Shown: positions 35,156 through 49,486, counted from the first letter of the stretch. The stretch is 64,000 nucleotides of DNA from Lingula anatina (GCA_051362555.1 CM120640.1:37529967-37593966), one strand, 5' to 3'. The notes: generated by a model from the sequence alone, not told the origin. Numbers and translations: made by a program.

Positions 35156-38100
35156 TCAACTGACGGCAGTAATTCCCCAATGTTTTTTTTTTGACATGAC
35201 TGGTTAGAGTCTACATAGCATACTAATAATTGTATTTTTTCAAACTCACTTGATATGTAGCTGCATCTAAATTTGACAAGGCAACAAACAGCAGGTTGTT
35301 CTGTATTGTGTAGAGGCCTGCTGGAACAAGCAACTTCAGGGTGTCCACTGGCTTCTGAAGAATATCTTCATTGAGACTTGAAATGAGACCAGTGGGCGAA
35401 CAACCTGAAAACAGTGAACAAGAGTAGGTATGATATACTGGTACATCGGGTGGCTAAAAATCACTTTTGATTATTTTTATTAATAATTTCCAAGTTCAAT
35501 AACTTCCACAGTTCACCAGCCTTTGGGTTGAAATTTTGTGTAGATTTTTGATACATTAATGTAATCAAACCTGAAAATTTCAAGTGCTGAAGTGTAACAA
35601 TTTTGGTATTTTCATCAAAACAGAAATACCTTGACAGGCATCAAAACTTCCAGACAGTTGGCATGTGCAATAAGTCACATAGGCAGGCATGACATTTTTT
35701 GATTTGAGACCTTTTTTTTACAGTGTGCCAAAACTATGAAGAGTAGAGTCATGAAATTTTTGGCATTTATATAATACAAAATTTTCCTACAATAACCCAA
35801 ATTTAATTGCAACATCTTCAAACTGTAAATATAAATTATTGAACTTTGAAATAAATAAATATTTTTGAGCCCTTCCATATACTTGTACCGCTGTAGTTGT
35901 ATGAAATTCAAATAACACAATAGCAGAGAGGATGACCTTGTTTTAAAATTATAGAACTTAAAAATGTAAAGACCATTTGAAAGTCTAAAGCTACTCTGTG
36001 AAACTGATCTCATAACTTTTAAGTTCTTTATCACTAACAATTTTCTAACCCACCTCACCTAAGTAAGATATCCCATAGTTACTGTTATAAACTAGCAGTC
36101 GTTAAAAATATAAGTCAAGAAATGGGAACAATATAGTGCCCCAAAGTTTATTCATATTAAAAAAAATATGTCAATGTGCATACACAAACTTATGTTGGCT
36201 GAAGAGCAACTACAAGTACCAGGTACATGTACCTTTTTCTAACAACATAAGGAAGAGGCAAATCACAAGCTTGAGCACTTCAGCATTGAAAACTGCTGTG
36301 GATGAGAGATAGCGCGGCCCCTCCTGCTGACTGGTCCTTGAGTAGCGCAATGTCAGTACTAAGACGGTGGTCTGAATAATCATTACCATCAGACTAAGGT
36401 ATTTCAGGCTCACACGGCCACCAAGCTGAAAATACAGAACATATCAGCTTGATAATAGTAATGACAAATATTCAAATATAATATAAAGTTATTGATATAA
36501 CTGAAATGTCATCGAATGCGACAAGGGTATTTGGCACAAGGCACAATCAAAATACACTTGTAAATGGCTGCTTAATTCAGAAGAAAATCATCTTTAATAT
36601 TTTGCAAGTTTCTTTACACTGACAATGGCACATACCGTCAGGTCCATGTTAATATGATATGTAACCAGTTTTACAAGTACGTAACCAGTCCTGCATGGAA
36701 CTGAAAATATGGGACTCCTATGTCTTCTGAATGTTAAAAATCAAATAACCAGCAACCACAAGAACTTATGTTAATCTGCACAACAATGTAAAAAAATGCC
36801 TGCAGGCTTTTTATCTATACAGAGATCCCCCACTTTTCAGTACCTTTTTTAGGGCAAGGTCTATACACATATATAATATATCTATACATGCCAGGGACAC
36901 ATTATTTGAAAGCAATGTGAGACAGCTATATACGGTCTCTGTCCACTAGCCTCTTTTTATCAAATATTCATAGTCTACTATGTTGGTGTAGATCATGGTA
37001 TTATGATAAGCTTATTTAACAGATGATTTTTTCAATGGACCCAAGATTTCTTTTTCCCCATCAAATTACTGATACTTATTGCCTTCAAACAGGGATTTAT
37101 CAATTATAAATTACAAAAAAAAAAAAGAAAAAAAAATTAAAATTCTTATGTCCATGACCTGCAGGTACTGACTGATCATTAGCAAGTTCTACACAGGCAT
37201 ATATTTTTAACCATTCATCTATATATACCATTATTGTTATGTTGTTCATGTTGTGACAAAAGCTTTATGATATTATTCCACTTAACCCATACTATTAATA
37301 GTCTTCGGGTGTACAAAAATAAGTATTTAAATGAAACATGAATTCACAGCAATAACAACAAGTGTCAGCATTTTGCAATAAACAGGAATTTTATAATTAG
37401 AGCTCAGCAGGCTTTTTATCCATTATCAATTTACAGCCTAGAGTGGAGAGAAATAATATATTTGTTACCTCAGGCCCCCAACTGAGAAATAAAGTCATCT
37501 TTCAAGACAAAACTTGTGCCTTGCAGCAGTGCTGGGAGAGAACGAACATAAGGCCAATTTTCATTCAATTTAACAGACAAATAATGTCTAGTTTTTATGA
37601 TGTCTGTTATCTACATGTATCACATCTGGAACTAAATGTTTCAATACTATATGTACCGGTATATCAATATGCTTAGCCTGAGCTTCAGATCTAACACAGC
37701 CCACAGCTTATACATTAAAATTTCAACATAAGAATATGCGTATATGGAGGAATGAAGCTGGTATATTATTTACATCAATCTGAAGTTCAGGGCATAGATT
37801 CTGTGTACTATATATTCTCTGAAATGCATGTACATATATGAGAAAAAAAATCTAACAATGGTGGGGGGTGGGTGGGAGGGAGGAGCATGTTCTAAGCATT
37901 TACCCATATGTGGCATCACATAATAAAAAGATAATTAAAAAGAAAAAAACATAATTTAGAAGTAGGGTTCAACTTTGTGCAGCAATGGAGAATGAATTGT
38001 TCATTTACAAGATGGAAAGACCTTTTTTGACAAACAAGCTGCATTTACTTATTATTTTTATATTAGGTAGATTTCTAGTACTGGACAACATGAACACCTA

Positions 38101-41100
38101 AAAAGTCCAAAATCAGTACAATTTGTCAATAATTTCAGGAAATAAACCGATGCTTTGCCAGCCCTTATTTGGTCTGCTCACAGCCACATTCCCTGGTGAA
38201 ACCTCACTGGATGGGCAGATGAAACACTGGTTGATAAAGTACCAGTTTGTTTTTTACGTTACTGACAAAATAACCACTGGTACATGTACACTGTACTGTA
38301 CAGCAATTTTATTGAACCTTCATACCTGCAGCAACTTTTAATATCCAAAATCACTTTTTCGTGTCAAAATGAATGCCCAAAACCACCAGAACATACCGTT
38401 TTTGCTGTGCCCATCTGATGCAGATCTTCCAAATGCTATGCCACTGATAGGACTGAAGTCACATTATATTTTATTCATTTACATATTCTCATGTCACAAT
38501 AAAATGACTAATCCTATCCCATATCAAACTATAATCTATGTTCTATGATATTTTGAAATAATCCAATATTATTGTTGCTAAGAAATCAGTTAATCCATTT
38601 TACTAGATCAATTAATAGTTATCCAAAGCTTAAATCTTTATAACTCTTAGAATAGCTTCAAAGAGCTTAATCCAAACAAAAGTGCAGCAATTAATTACAA
38701 ATTTAAAATATGGGCAAATTTTCATTTGCTCAACATGCTAAACTCAGCCATAGTGTACCATTATTATAATAAAACCTAATTTCAACCAAAATTAAATATT
38801 TCACTTAATACTTACGAGTCAAAATTGATTGGAATGCTATTAATGACTATGTGTTGACCCTATACAATATTCCATTTATTATGACTATGTTGAATCTTTA
38901 CTTCCTGAGCACCTATCTATATTACCCATACAGATCAACTTTGAAATGCTGATGTACTGACTATAATTCTGTGCAGAAAAAAAAAATCGCTGTTTATGCT
39001 GGTATATACAAATCTGCTCTTTCCATTATCACTAATGGATACACTTTTATACATTATTTATACATTATTGGCGGTTGCTCAATGAAATTCAACTGGGATG
39101 ATTTAAATGGAAAGAGCAAATGTTAAATCTTAAAGTTAAAATGAATATAATGACATAAATTGATAAATACATCCATAATTTGATAATAACCTGCATAATG
39201 TGTTACATTAATAATACATCGCTTATCTTTTAGGCTAAAGTTTACTTTAAGCAGGCTACTATGAATAACCTTGACTTGAAGTTTAGACTGATTTCCAGAT
39301 TAAGGCTTCGTTCACATGGAAAGTCTATTTTCTAAAAATCTATTTTCTATTCGTGGTATCTTATGATCATGATCTGTGCCCTGAATATCCCGCGGCGTAA
39401 TTACTGGCAGCTACAGAGACAGTTACTTAAAGTAACTTATAGTAACTGACTCGCGCTGCCAGTAATTACGCCACGGGATATTCAGGGCACAGACCGTGAT
39501 CATAAGACATACCGCGAATAGAAAATAGAATTTAGAAAATAGACATTGCATGTGAATGAAGCCTAATACTCTTTTGTGAAACCATTCCAAGAATCGAAAG
39601 GCTTTACACCGAGAACTTCAAACACTTGAAAACTTGAAAACATTAAATACTGGAAAAAGTGAGGATATTCACACATGTGAGCAATTTCTGTAATTTTTGA
39701 AAAATTAAGTTACTAGTACTTGGTGCATTTCTCCAACCTAATATCATGCATCTGTCTGTATTTTTTATCTGAAGTCTTATTAATTCATTCAAATCTGACA
39801 TGCAATGTGCCAGTTTAAGTCAACCATAATTGGATCATTCTTTTCATGATGGGTATAAAAAAGAAATAAATATGAAGTACACAAAATATTTTTAAAGGCA
39901 TATTCACATGTATCTATGACAACATTCCTTTTATGTCGCTACTTCCATGAACCATTAAATACAAATAGGTAACTTAATGTTTACCTGCTTGATGAGCTAT
40001 CAATTAGATTCTCACATTCTTGACTGACAAACCAGATAATTAGTCCTATTGCTGCTAATTTGATTTTCAGTGTGGGTTTGGGGGGGCAGCTTATTGGCAA
40101 TTCAGACCACCAATTTTCTAAAATTTACTCTCCAAATCACTATTCACTGGTCTGAATAAAAATATCAGTAAGGCACACTAGATGTTTTACCCTAATATTG
40201 TATAGTATTAATATTAGAATGTTACATTTCAGAAAAAAATTAAATCTAATCAAAAGCCCTTAAAATAATCAAATGGCCATGTTAGACCACTAAATTCTGA
40301 TAAAACTACTTGTCCAAACAAAATTTTACTGGCTGTGGGGGTAGGAACAGTGGCTAATATGGCAGACTAACTCAGTCAAGACTAATTTATAGCCATTATG
40401 TTATAGCCATGTAGTGACAATCATTAAAGGTTAATTTAATTGCTATTCAAAAATCAAAACTGTTTCAGTTTATGTTTAGGCAACCGCAAAACCAAATGGT
40501 CCGTTTTCATCTATGCTCCATAAATCCCATGAGCCCATTCAAACCTGTCACCCAATTAAGTTTATAATACTTGAAAATTCAGTACATATTCCATTATATG
40601 ATTAATGAAGGGCTTATTTCTTTGAGATATTTTGAATACGCATTAACTGATATCACTTTATTAATGCCTGCAAAACAGCATACCACCTTCAGCCAAGGTC
40701 TATAATTGTAAAATATTCTCTGCAAAGCAAATACATACATTAATAATTATAAATGGATATTTTCTAGAGCAAAAAATTGACCAATCAATTAAGAAAATGC
40801 TATCTATTTATTCATTTAAACCATTTTAAATTACCATTAAAGACTACAATTTCTTTTATAACCACAAAATTTCGGGATTCTACTACAGGTTCTCATACCT
40901 CTCTGTTAAACTATAATTAGATCCCAAGGTAACATGTATTTATAAGCATGGCATGACAGCTAGCTCTAAATGGCTTGAGGCTTTGTCCCTTTTATATATA
41001 TCTATGGGATTGGTCTCAGTGTAAAAACATAGGGTGTACTACCAAAATAATGAACATCAATGCAGCTATAGAAAATATTAAGTAATGTCTCACTTATCAC

Positions 41101-41608
41101 TGGGGCCATTTGATCTTACCTTTCTTAAAATACCTTAAAATTTACTAACCCAAGCACAAAAAATTAAACGCTTAATTACTGTCTAACCTTTGAAGTTTTG
41201 TTACTACTCATACACATAATAACTTCACTTATTATTTTGTACAGAAACTGTCACAGAAACTGTTTTTAGAGAAAAAAAGGCCAATTTCTCTAATGGTCTT
41301 CTCTTGATCACACTGTTTACCAAAATACCACCAGACTTTCAAGTTACACAGATTCAAATTTTCAAGGTCTGGCAGGAAAATCAATGGGTGGTAAAGGGTA
41401 ATTCCTTACACTGACAAAGTGAAGACAATGCTACTATTGTTCCACTAAAGGAATTTTTATGAAAAAGTTCTAATTAATGTAAATTGTCCTGTGGTGCATA
41501 GAGAACATTCAAATATGACTTCCTCAGCTACATTGAATGAAATGTTTTAATATTAGAAATATAAAGAAATAATAGTGTATGAGAGATATCTAGTAAAATG
41601 TACTAGTA

Positions 41609-41651
<43 letters not shown>

Positions 41652-41911
41652 CATGGTTACAATATAACTGAATATAATTGAATGCATTTGGTTTCCTGAT
41701 TCATGTCATTCATATGATGTTAGCCCCCAGAAATTTAAATTATGAAACATGCCAATGTTTGGATGACATATCATCCTCTTATAGAATTTTAAAAAACCAT
41801 ATATACATAATTATATATATAAACAAGTAGTCAATAAGTAACCCTGCTATTTGTGGTCTTATACAAGGCACTTTAGCTTACCACAGTCTCTTGCTTTTTC
41901 TCATCTTCCAT
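31111..41911 (-). CDS. SLC35A3: UDP-N-acetylglucosamine (nucleotide-sugar) transporter
   Basis: Exons 41911-41882 ([10 protein letters not shown], inferred start), 36425-36233, 35404-35250, 34922-34800, 33433-33262, 32778-32660, 31977-31844, 31219-31111. Motifs [78 protein letters not shown] possible further in-frame upstream exon MDR| lies at 43961-43953. Confidence 0.9.
31544..31773. mobile_element. Tc1/mariner-like MITE (230 bp) in an SLC35A3 intron
   Basis: TA flanks; ~30-bp TIR CAGTAATGATTCAATCTTTTCAATGGGGAAAA / TTTTCCCCATTGAAAAGATTGAATCATTACCA. Confidence 0.82.
33747..34162. mobile_element. Older copy of the 31544 MITE family, interrupted by a nested element
   Basis: Shares CAGTAAT.ACTCAAT, ATAAAATTAGAACATT, AGGCTACCCTA and ATATCTGAAA...TGATTATTTTT with 31544-31773. 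Confidence 0.7.
33834..34000. mobile_element. Nested MITE (167 bp) with 5-bp TSD
   Basis: ACATT direct repeats at 33829-33 and 34001-05; TIR CTGGGGTAGC / GCTACCCGAG. The host MITE is contiguous across this site in the 31544 copy. Confidence 0.78.
34650..34806. repeat. ~22-bp degenerate minisatellite that includes the exon donor site
   Basis: About 6 units of TCTAC(C/A)TGTACCA(G/C)TGTTGA adjoining the 34800 donor (CTACCTGTACCA). Confidence 0.7.
39304..39563. mobile_element. Fold-back (fully palindromic) PIF/Harbinger-like MITE, 260 bp
   Basis: TAA TSD at 39301-03 and 39564-66; termini GGCTTCGTTCACATG / CATGTGAATGAAGCC. Arms pair for ~120 bp (e.g. TCTGTGCCCTGAATATCCCG / CGGGATATTCAGGGCACAGA). 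Confidence 0.92.
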
Positions 41912-42217
41912 TGTGTGAGACACCCTCTGAGGTTAAACACAGTACAACAACATGAACTGTATGCTAAAGTAATCAAAATCAATCTTTTGTTACATCCAAA
42001 ATAACTTCTGCCCAATAAAAAACAATCCCGGCGTACTCCCATACGCATTAGTGTGATGCAGACTTCTAGTACTGTACATATTGGAAATATGACTGTTATG
42101 GCAGCATTATTTAAATTATTTAAATTTATGAATTTTGGCCTGCTGGAGGGGCTGAAGTAGCTCCCATTTGGCCCAAAGACAACATAATTCATGAGGTCCT
42201 GTGAATGCCATCATAAT

Positions 42218-42369
42218 CAGGGGCGGATTTAGGCCGTCTTCTGGGTCAGATTTTCAAGTTTACATTAAAAGGTATCTTATTTTTCTGTTGGAAGACGGTC
42301 AAAATTGGAGGATGGATCAATAAAGATAATTTGGAAGACTGTCAGAAAATAGCTCTGGATACGCCCCTG
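42218..42369. mobile_element. hAT-like MITE (152 bp), 5-bp TSD
   Basis: TIR CAGGGGCGGATTTAG / CTGGATACGCCCCTG flanked by ATAAT on both sides. Confidence 0.75.
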
Positions 42370-42987
42370 ATAATGGTTTTATGTCAGACAAGATACTGAA
42401 TAACGCAGGTTCTTAGGGCATGTACATCACTGCTACTACTACATCATACCACATGTAATATTGTATCATCAGTATAGGTAGATATTTAGATATTTATACT
42501 GAAGCTCAGAGAATAGTGTACCTCACTTCTTGTTAGGGCCTTCAGGGGGGGGGGGGGGGAGGGTAGCAAATGCCCTGGAGATTCCATGTTTGAGCTTAGG
42601 AAAATACATACAGATACACACCCACATGCATGTACACATATACTTAAAGGCTACTAGTATCTCTAAACATCTCATGGGGTGTTATATAATATACCGATAT
42701 AAGAAGTAATGTTCTATTTTTACATACCAGTAATACAGTGTTATGCCTTATACAGCACAGTCATGAAAGATGCACAAATGAATGTTAATACAGCAGCCAC
42801 TTGGATTTTTCAGTGGGTAAATAAATGAAACATTAAGATGGTATTACATACCTTTAGGACCATAAAGGCTATATCTCTGTATAGCATTTGTGGTGCTTTT
42901 ACTGCATAGAATAAAACTACATGTATACAGAAGCCTGCCTTTGGAATTTGTTGCTACCACTCAATAGGAATGTTTTAATTTTTTGAA

Positions 42988-43285
42988 ATAATGGGACCAA
43001 TCTGATTGAGAAGCGCCGAGTTCTAGTATGGTGGACCTACATGAAAGGAAGACCGCTTATCCTGTAATGATCTCTCACACGCCTCCCCACGCATCAGCCC
43101 TTCAGGGGCACAGTAATTAAATCTCGGCTCGATTCAACCGGACGAGGGACAACGCGTGGGGATGTGTGTGAGAGGAGGAGAGACCATTATAGGATTAGCA
43201 GTCTTCCTTTCATGTAGGTCTGCCATATTAAGGTCATGGCCTTACTAGCACTCAGCTCTTCTCGATCTGAATGGTTCCAATGACT
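42988..43285. mobile_element. Degenerate fold-back MITE (~300 bp)
   Basis: Long inverted arms: GACCTACATGAAAGGAAGAC / GTCTTCCTTTCATGTAGGTC, TCCCCACGC / GCGTGGGGA, and GGACCAATCTGATTGAGAAG / CTTCTCGATCTGAATGGTTCC. TSD not resolved. Confidence 0.75.
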
Positions 43286-43961
43286 TATAAGGTACAGTAT
43301 CTGTAAAACTCATATTTTTCCCCCACTGAAAATATCAGGTCATTACCATAAACATGCCTAGGAAGACTTGTTAGGTACTAGCTATATATAACAGTGGCAC
43401 TCAGGTAAATCAATATGGAAATAGGAAGGAAAATGCAAGTCTTCCACTGTAGGAGGTATGTAAAAAGACACAGAGAAAGACACACAGATAATACACCATA
43501 ATGAAAACACAGGTATAATTGCATTCCACCCTTAAGAGAAAGAAACTGAAATAAGACTAAACTGTGGTTCAAGCACATTTTCCTTCCTCACAATGTGCTG
43601 TAAAATTTCATCCAGCATAGTGCAAAATATGCTTAGTCAATGGTGGGGGTTTCAATGTTTTTTTCATTTCATTTCATGGTGATGAGTTGACAAATTTACA
43701 ACTTTGATATTAGAAACCCTTGTTTTTTTTAATGATCTGGGACTTTTGATTTCGATTTGTAAGGGGGGGGGGAGACATATTTAACAAGAATACAAACAGA
43801 TTTACAATACCAATTATTACCCCAGTAAATACAGTATAAAACACGGAAGCAAAGGAGTGCAAGGGACCATAGTTACATGTATACGAGTTCAAGAATAATA
43901 TATCTTGTATAGCCTTGTATAGGGATGCATATCCCCCTCTCTGTACACTTACCCTGTCCAT

Positions 43962-44570
43962 TTTAAACGGCTGATATTGATATATGTCCTGGTATGATAC
44001 CTATCAGTTAATTTTCACCAAACAGCCGGACTCCCAACCCATCCTTGAACGAGTAGACGACGGGTTTCTGAGTATTCACTCACAAATTTCCAACCTATAG
44101 CTACCATGTGGTGCCTAATCAAATAGTTCTTTTGTAAGAGTATAATATATTTAAATATCGCACATTGTTCATTCTAATTTTTCCTGTACTTCACTGTCCA
44201 TTTTAACAAGATATATTATAAAGCACTTCCCAAATTCTTTTTTCGGAGAGTGGTGCTTTTTAATCAAGACTTCTTCAACTAAAGAGCACCCAATAAAATA
44301 CAAACCAAAAGCTCAGTTGAGATGCGTTACAGACTCCAACCTAAAATAAATTTAAAGCTACATTTGCGCGAACCATAAAGACAAAAAAGTCTTCCAGTGA
44401 ACAAAAAAACAACAACGTTTTTTACTTAAGCGAACCATTCAAAACCTCGAATCTTTTATTCAGTTTATCCTAGCTAGAGCCCAAGTTCCCGGATGAAAGT
44501 AGATGCTGTTAAAAACAACATTGACCCCGTTCAAAATGCCTTGCAGTGATGCAGTGGTTGTATATGGAAG
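43962..44570. promoter_or_regulatory. Putative bidirectional promoter region, SLC35A3 (minus) / zinc-finger gene (plus)
   Basis: Minus-strand donors AGG|GTAAGT (43953) and TTT|GTGAGT (44084); plus-strand donor AAG|GTAAGT (44570); local CpG enrichment inside an otherwise CpG-poor region. Confidence 0.5.
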
Positions 44571-45413
44571 GTAAGTTATGCATATAAACCATGCATTAAG
44601 CCGAGATGACTGACACACTATTTGTGATATATCTGAATTACTGTGGTCATGCCTATTTGTTGCAATTATATCCTGTCTGCAGAAGTTCTAACTTGCAGGT
44701 TGCAGCAATGTTCCCTGTTACTCGTTGCATGCTTGCAAGTGAAGCAGTCATAATAGTGTTTTAATGCCGACATTTTGTAATTTTTCGCAAATTTGTGTAC
44801 ACGATTTAATGTATGGCTGTCTTGTAATATGCGACGGACAAAATTCTGATGATGTTTGTTTTGTAAAAATTGCATCACATTTCCACATCATCATACATAT
44901 TTATGTGACATGAAGCATATGGATTTGCATTTTTTTTTTTACGATATCTCTTATATGTGTTTACATGCAAAATATATGGTTGTAGTTTATTTTCCCTATA
45001 AGAAAGGTTGAGTGACGTAGAAATTATTTGAAATGCTTAAACACTATTTCTTGAGCTGACATGACAATAAATAAATGGTCATCAAATCAACATTCATCCA
45101 TTCTCCATACTGCTTACTGATCTACAATATAGCATTTAATTTCTTTTTTTTTCATGCCAGGTTGTGGTCTCTACCAGATTAGCTTCTTTTGGAACTGCCA
45201 CTACCAAGTTATGCATAGATTTGGACCCTCATAACAAATTATTAAAACAAGAATTCAAGACTGGTGTTAATCATTTATTCATATATTGACTCCAAAAACT
45301 CCTTGGTCTTTAAAGAATGGTGGAAATAAAACTGAATCTCTTGACCAATTTCACAGGCTTCAGGAACTGAATTTCCAGCAGGTGCAAAAAGGAGTAGACA
45401 TAGGTTAAACAAT

Positions 45414-48400
45414 ATGGAAAAGACTGTGAAAGAAGATACACCTAAGGCAGGAGATGAAAAAAAGTGCTTGCAAGAACTTACGTCACATATTGCGGAAGAA
45501 ACAACGGCCATGTCTCAAAAGTCGGAAATAGTTTCCCAGGTGGGAAAGAACCCTGATTTGGTTATGACGGCAGATGTAATAAAACAGACAGCATCCAACA
45601 CTGAAAGGTTGACTTTGATAGAGAATACCACCCATAGGTCAGAAAAGCAACCCCCGTCTACAGTCACATCAATTCCAATTAAAGAGGATTTCACTGCTGA
45701 ACAACATAAGCTTCACAGTGAAGTGACCTCAAATTTCAAAGATGCTGCTCCAGAGTCTGAAGTAGAGAAGACTGTTTCCAAATCAGCAGTTGTAACAGAG
45801 AAAAATTCTTCTTGGTCTGAAATGACATCAAGTTTAATAAAGACAGCATCTGATTCACAGAACTTACTCATGACTGAAGCTCCATCACCGGTGATAGAAC
45901 CTGTTTCTGAATCTGAAAAACTGCCTTCATCTGAACTAATACCTCATTTGAAAAAACAATCTACGCCTCAGTTAAGAAACGAGGTTCTCCCAGAAATGGT
46001 GCCAGTTTTAAAAGATCAGTCCAGGGTCAATGCACAGAATGGACCATCAAATGACAATATGCCAGTTTTGGTCTTGGAGAACACTGCCTGTATGCCCAGT
46101 AGTCCACCTGTGTTGGTGAAGGACACACTTCCTGAAGATGGTGAAAAAGCTCCATGTGAAATCATGCCTGAATTGGAAAACCAACTTGCACTTCAAGAGA
46201 TGCAAGCTTGTATGAAAGAGACCACACCCAAGCTGACATATCGGTCTCCATGTCAGGAAACAACTTCTTTGATAAAAGAAAATGCCTCCGAGTCCGAAAT
46301 GCAAGATGGTTTAAAAGAACTCACAGGTGCTGAGCCCCCAAATCCGCCTCTTTGTGAAAAAATGCCATCTTTGAAAAAGCAGAATGCATTGCAGCATGGG
46401 GACAGGGTACTGAAAGAACCAGATAACACTGGGTCAAAAAATGATTCACTCTGTGAGAATGTGCCAGACTTGAGTGAGCACCTGCCAGATGGAAGTGAGC
46501 TCACGCCCAGTGTAACTGAGCACATGCCCAGTATAACTGAGCACATGCCAGGTGTAACTGAGCACATCCCAGATTCAAATGCATGCATTGATACCAGCTG
46601 TCAGTTACCAAGTGATCTGGCAATGCCAATAAACCAAGATACAGTGCCTTTAGTTACAGAACCTACAATGGTGCAGAATGTGGTATTGCACTTCGTCCCT
46701 CCTGATGTCAGAGCTACCCTGGGTAGTGAGAGGCCCGCGTGTCCAGCTGCCTATCTTTACTATCCGCAGGCTGACCAGTCTTACAAAGTTCTGCCCATAT
46801 CTGAAGTTGTCATTCAGAATGATGAGGACATGGTGCCACCTTGTGTTGAAAATATTGAAATCAAATCTTTTGACACTGATATACAGAAGAATGGGACTCG
46901 AAGTTTATCGTCATCAAAAAAGAGGGGAAAACTCAGTACTGATAAAAAAGCATTTGGAATTTTAAAGAAGAAAAAGAATCTCCAAAATTCCATGAAAGCT
47001 GAAGTTGGTAAGAAAATTAATTTGCAAGACACCAAAGAACTTAGAGACACAAAAAATTCCAAGAAAGCCTTTTACAAAAGGTGTAAGAATAAGAGCGGGC
47101 AAGCCAAAAATAAAATACTAAAGAAGTCGCTGAAAAAGAGTATCATTGAACATAAAAAAAAATTGCATGCAAAAGTTAGAAACGACGCGGATCCTACTTC
47201 AGAGTGTAATGCAAAGAAGAGACCCGAGCTTGAATTCTTTGGCAGTGGCAGGGTCAGAAGGTCTACTAAACCTGTTAGTTACACAGAGTATACAGATGAC
47301 TTTGATGTTGTTGAGGAAATCCCACTGGAAGTAGAGGAAGGGAAGAGGAAGAGGAAAGTTAAAACATGTGACTGTTGTCCTTCAACGAAAAATGAGAAAA
47401 ACAACGGGGCTGCAAGGATCCCAAGTAAAAGCATGGATAGCAGCCATGCCTCTTTCAGTAAAGCAGATAAAAAGAATGATACCAGGAAAATCAAACAGTT
47501 TTCTTGTCCAGGACTTTTGAAACACAAGTGCCCACACTGTCCCTTTACAACCCTCAACAAGTACTACTTGTGGAAGTCCCATGTAATGCGACATGCTGGA
47601 GCTTTGTCCTGTTCTTTAGATCAGTGTAATCTTGAGTAAGGCTTTTGTTTCTAGATTATTTAAAAGTTTTTTGATAAGAGGTCATCATAATTTATTTTTG
47701 AAATTTACCTTGAAACCTAATATGTACTGTACGGCCAGTAGTAGTATTTTTGCATTCAATTTTGATTTCCTTAAATGCATTTCTGGTGTATTTGCCTTGT
47801 ACAAATTGGCTCTTTTCCATATAGTACACTGAATGCAAAATTTTATCCACTCTGTAATGTGACTTTACTTCCAGGTCCAAGTTTAACAGGAAGATTGGAT
47901 ATCACAAGATAACTGAAGACCTTAAGACCAAACACAGAAGGCCGAGGGCATTTAGATGTGACATATGCAACAAGGCATTTACTTTTGAGACCAATGTGGT
48001 AAGGCACAAAAAGATTGCCCACGTTGAAAAACTGCAGTATCTTGATTGTCCAGTTTGTCACAAACTATTTCTGAATGCTTTAAAACTGGAACATCATATG
48101 AGTATAAAACACAAGCAACCCTTTACATTTCCAAGTCTCAGATGCAAGACAAGTTTTACTTTAAAGGATATGTTGCTGAAACACAAGAAATCCACCCATG
48201 CAGTCAAAAGATTCAGAGATTCAAAAAATTTCAATGGAAAATTGAAACCTAGTTTATCATTGGATTCGGGATTGGAACCTAGTTTGATGGTAGAGAAACT
48301 AAAGGTTAAAGATTTTGTCAAAGGTGAGAGTAATACCTACTGGCTTCACTCTGGAAGTGAGAGAACTGTTACTGTGGATGACTATAACATTCAGCAAATA

Positions 48401-49486
48401 GGGTGTTGCAATGGGACCAAATATTTTTCTGAAAACAAAACTGAGCAAAAACAGAAAGAAGATTATACAATGACTAATTCCAAAGACAAAATTGCCCCTG
48501 AAAAGCCACCCAACAAAATGGTTTTACCAGTGCCAGTTGTAAGACTGGAAAAGCTTTCTCGTTTAAAGATATGTGGGAGTCACTCCATTCATGTCAATAA
48601 CATGAGTGTTAAAGAAGTTGATTGTAATGCCTCAGATACCATAGATGTAAGTGAATGCACAGACGAACAAAAAGAGAGGAAATTCTTGGGCCACAAATAT
48701 CCCAAGTATATCTTTTCTCAAACTGGTAAGGTTGAAAAAGACACTGTGGAAAAAACGAAAGTCTACTCCAGAAGGGAAAGAAAACCAAGGCAATTGGAGT
48801 CTTACTATGTCAGTGACTTTGTGTATCCTTGGTCTGACAGTAACTCTGAGTGTGAAGAAGACTGGGATTGTGGAAAGGAAAGAACAAAATCAAAGACAGT
48901 TCGGAAACGTAAATCCAGAGATATAGAATACTGCATGGGCAGTGAAGACCCAGAATGGGAACCAGCTGAAGGAAACAAAAAAAGACTAAAATCCATGCTC
49001 GAATGTGGTGTTAAGCACAAAAAAGACCTATCAAAGTCTCACTGTGGGAAAGTTTCTTCATCCGTTCCAAAGTCGTCCAAGTCAGATGTAATGCAGATTA
49101 GAATGAGTGATAATCGAAAAACTTATGTGACCAAAAGAACAGGATTCAAAAAAGTGATGATGATAAAACTTGCACCATCTGCAAAAAATGCCAAAGTTGA
49201 AGAAAAAATAACATTAGTAAAGTTCAGCAATAAGGAGAGTGAGTGCAAAAGCCAGAAAGCTGACAAAGTCATAGTTGTTAGTAAGATGAAGGACGATATC
49301 AACACAGCTGACCTTTTTGAAGATGAACAGAATAACAATACTGCAGACATTGAGAAAATTGGCAAAACTTTAGAAAACGAGCAGGAGTATTCTCAACTGA
49401 AACCTTTAGTTGAAAGGGACAACATATTTGCCACTCTGAGTTCACTACGGGTGCAGTATCAAGAACAGCTGTCTGCTGTCTCATGA
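45414..49486 (+). CDS. Large C2H2 zinc-finger protein (~1280 aa), 2 coding exons
   Basis: Exon 45414-47635 (GA|GTAAG) joins 47875-49486 (TTCCAG|G) in frame. Fingers CPHCPFTTLNKYYLWKSHVMRH, CDICNKAFTFETNVVRHKKIAH and CPVCHKLFLNALKLEHHMSIKH, plus two degenerate ones. Lys-rich NLS-like tracts. Confidence 0.85.

Noticed and set aside
35443-36065. Possible Tc1-like non-autonomous element and 127-aa ORF (35675-36058) in an SLC35A3 intron
   Set aside because: Terminal repeats are too degenerate to define ends, and the ORF has no recognisable homology.
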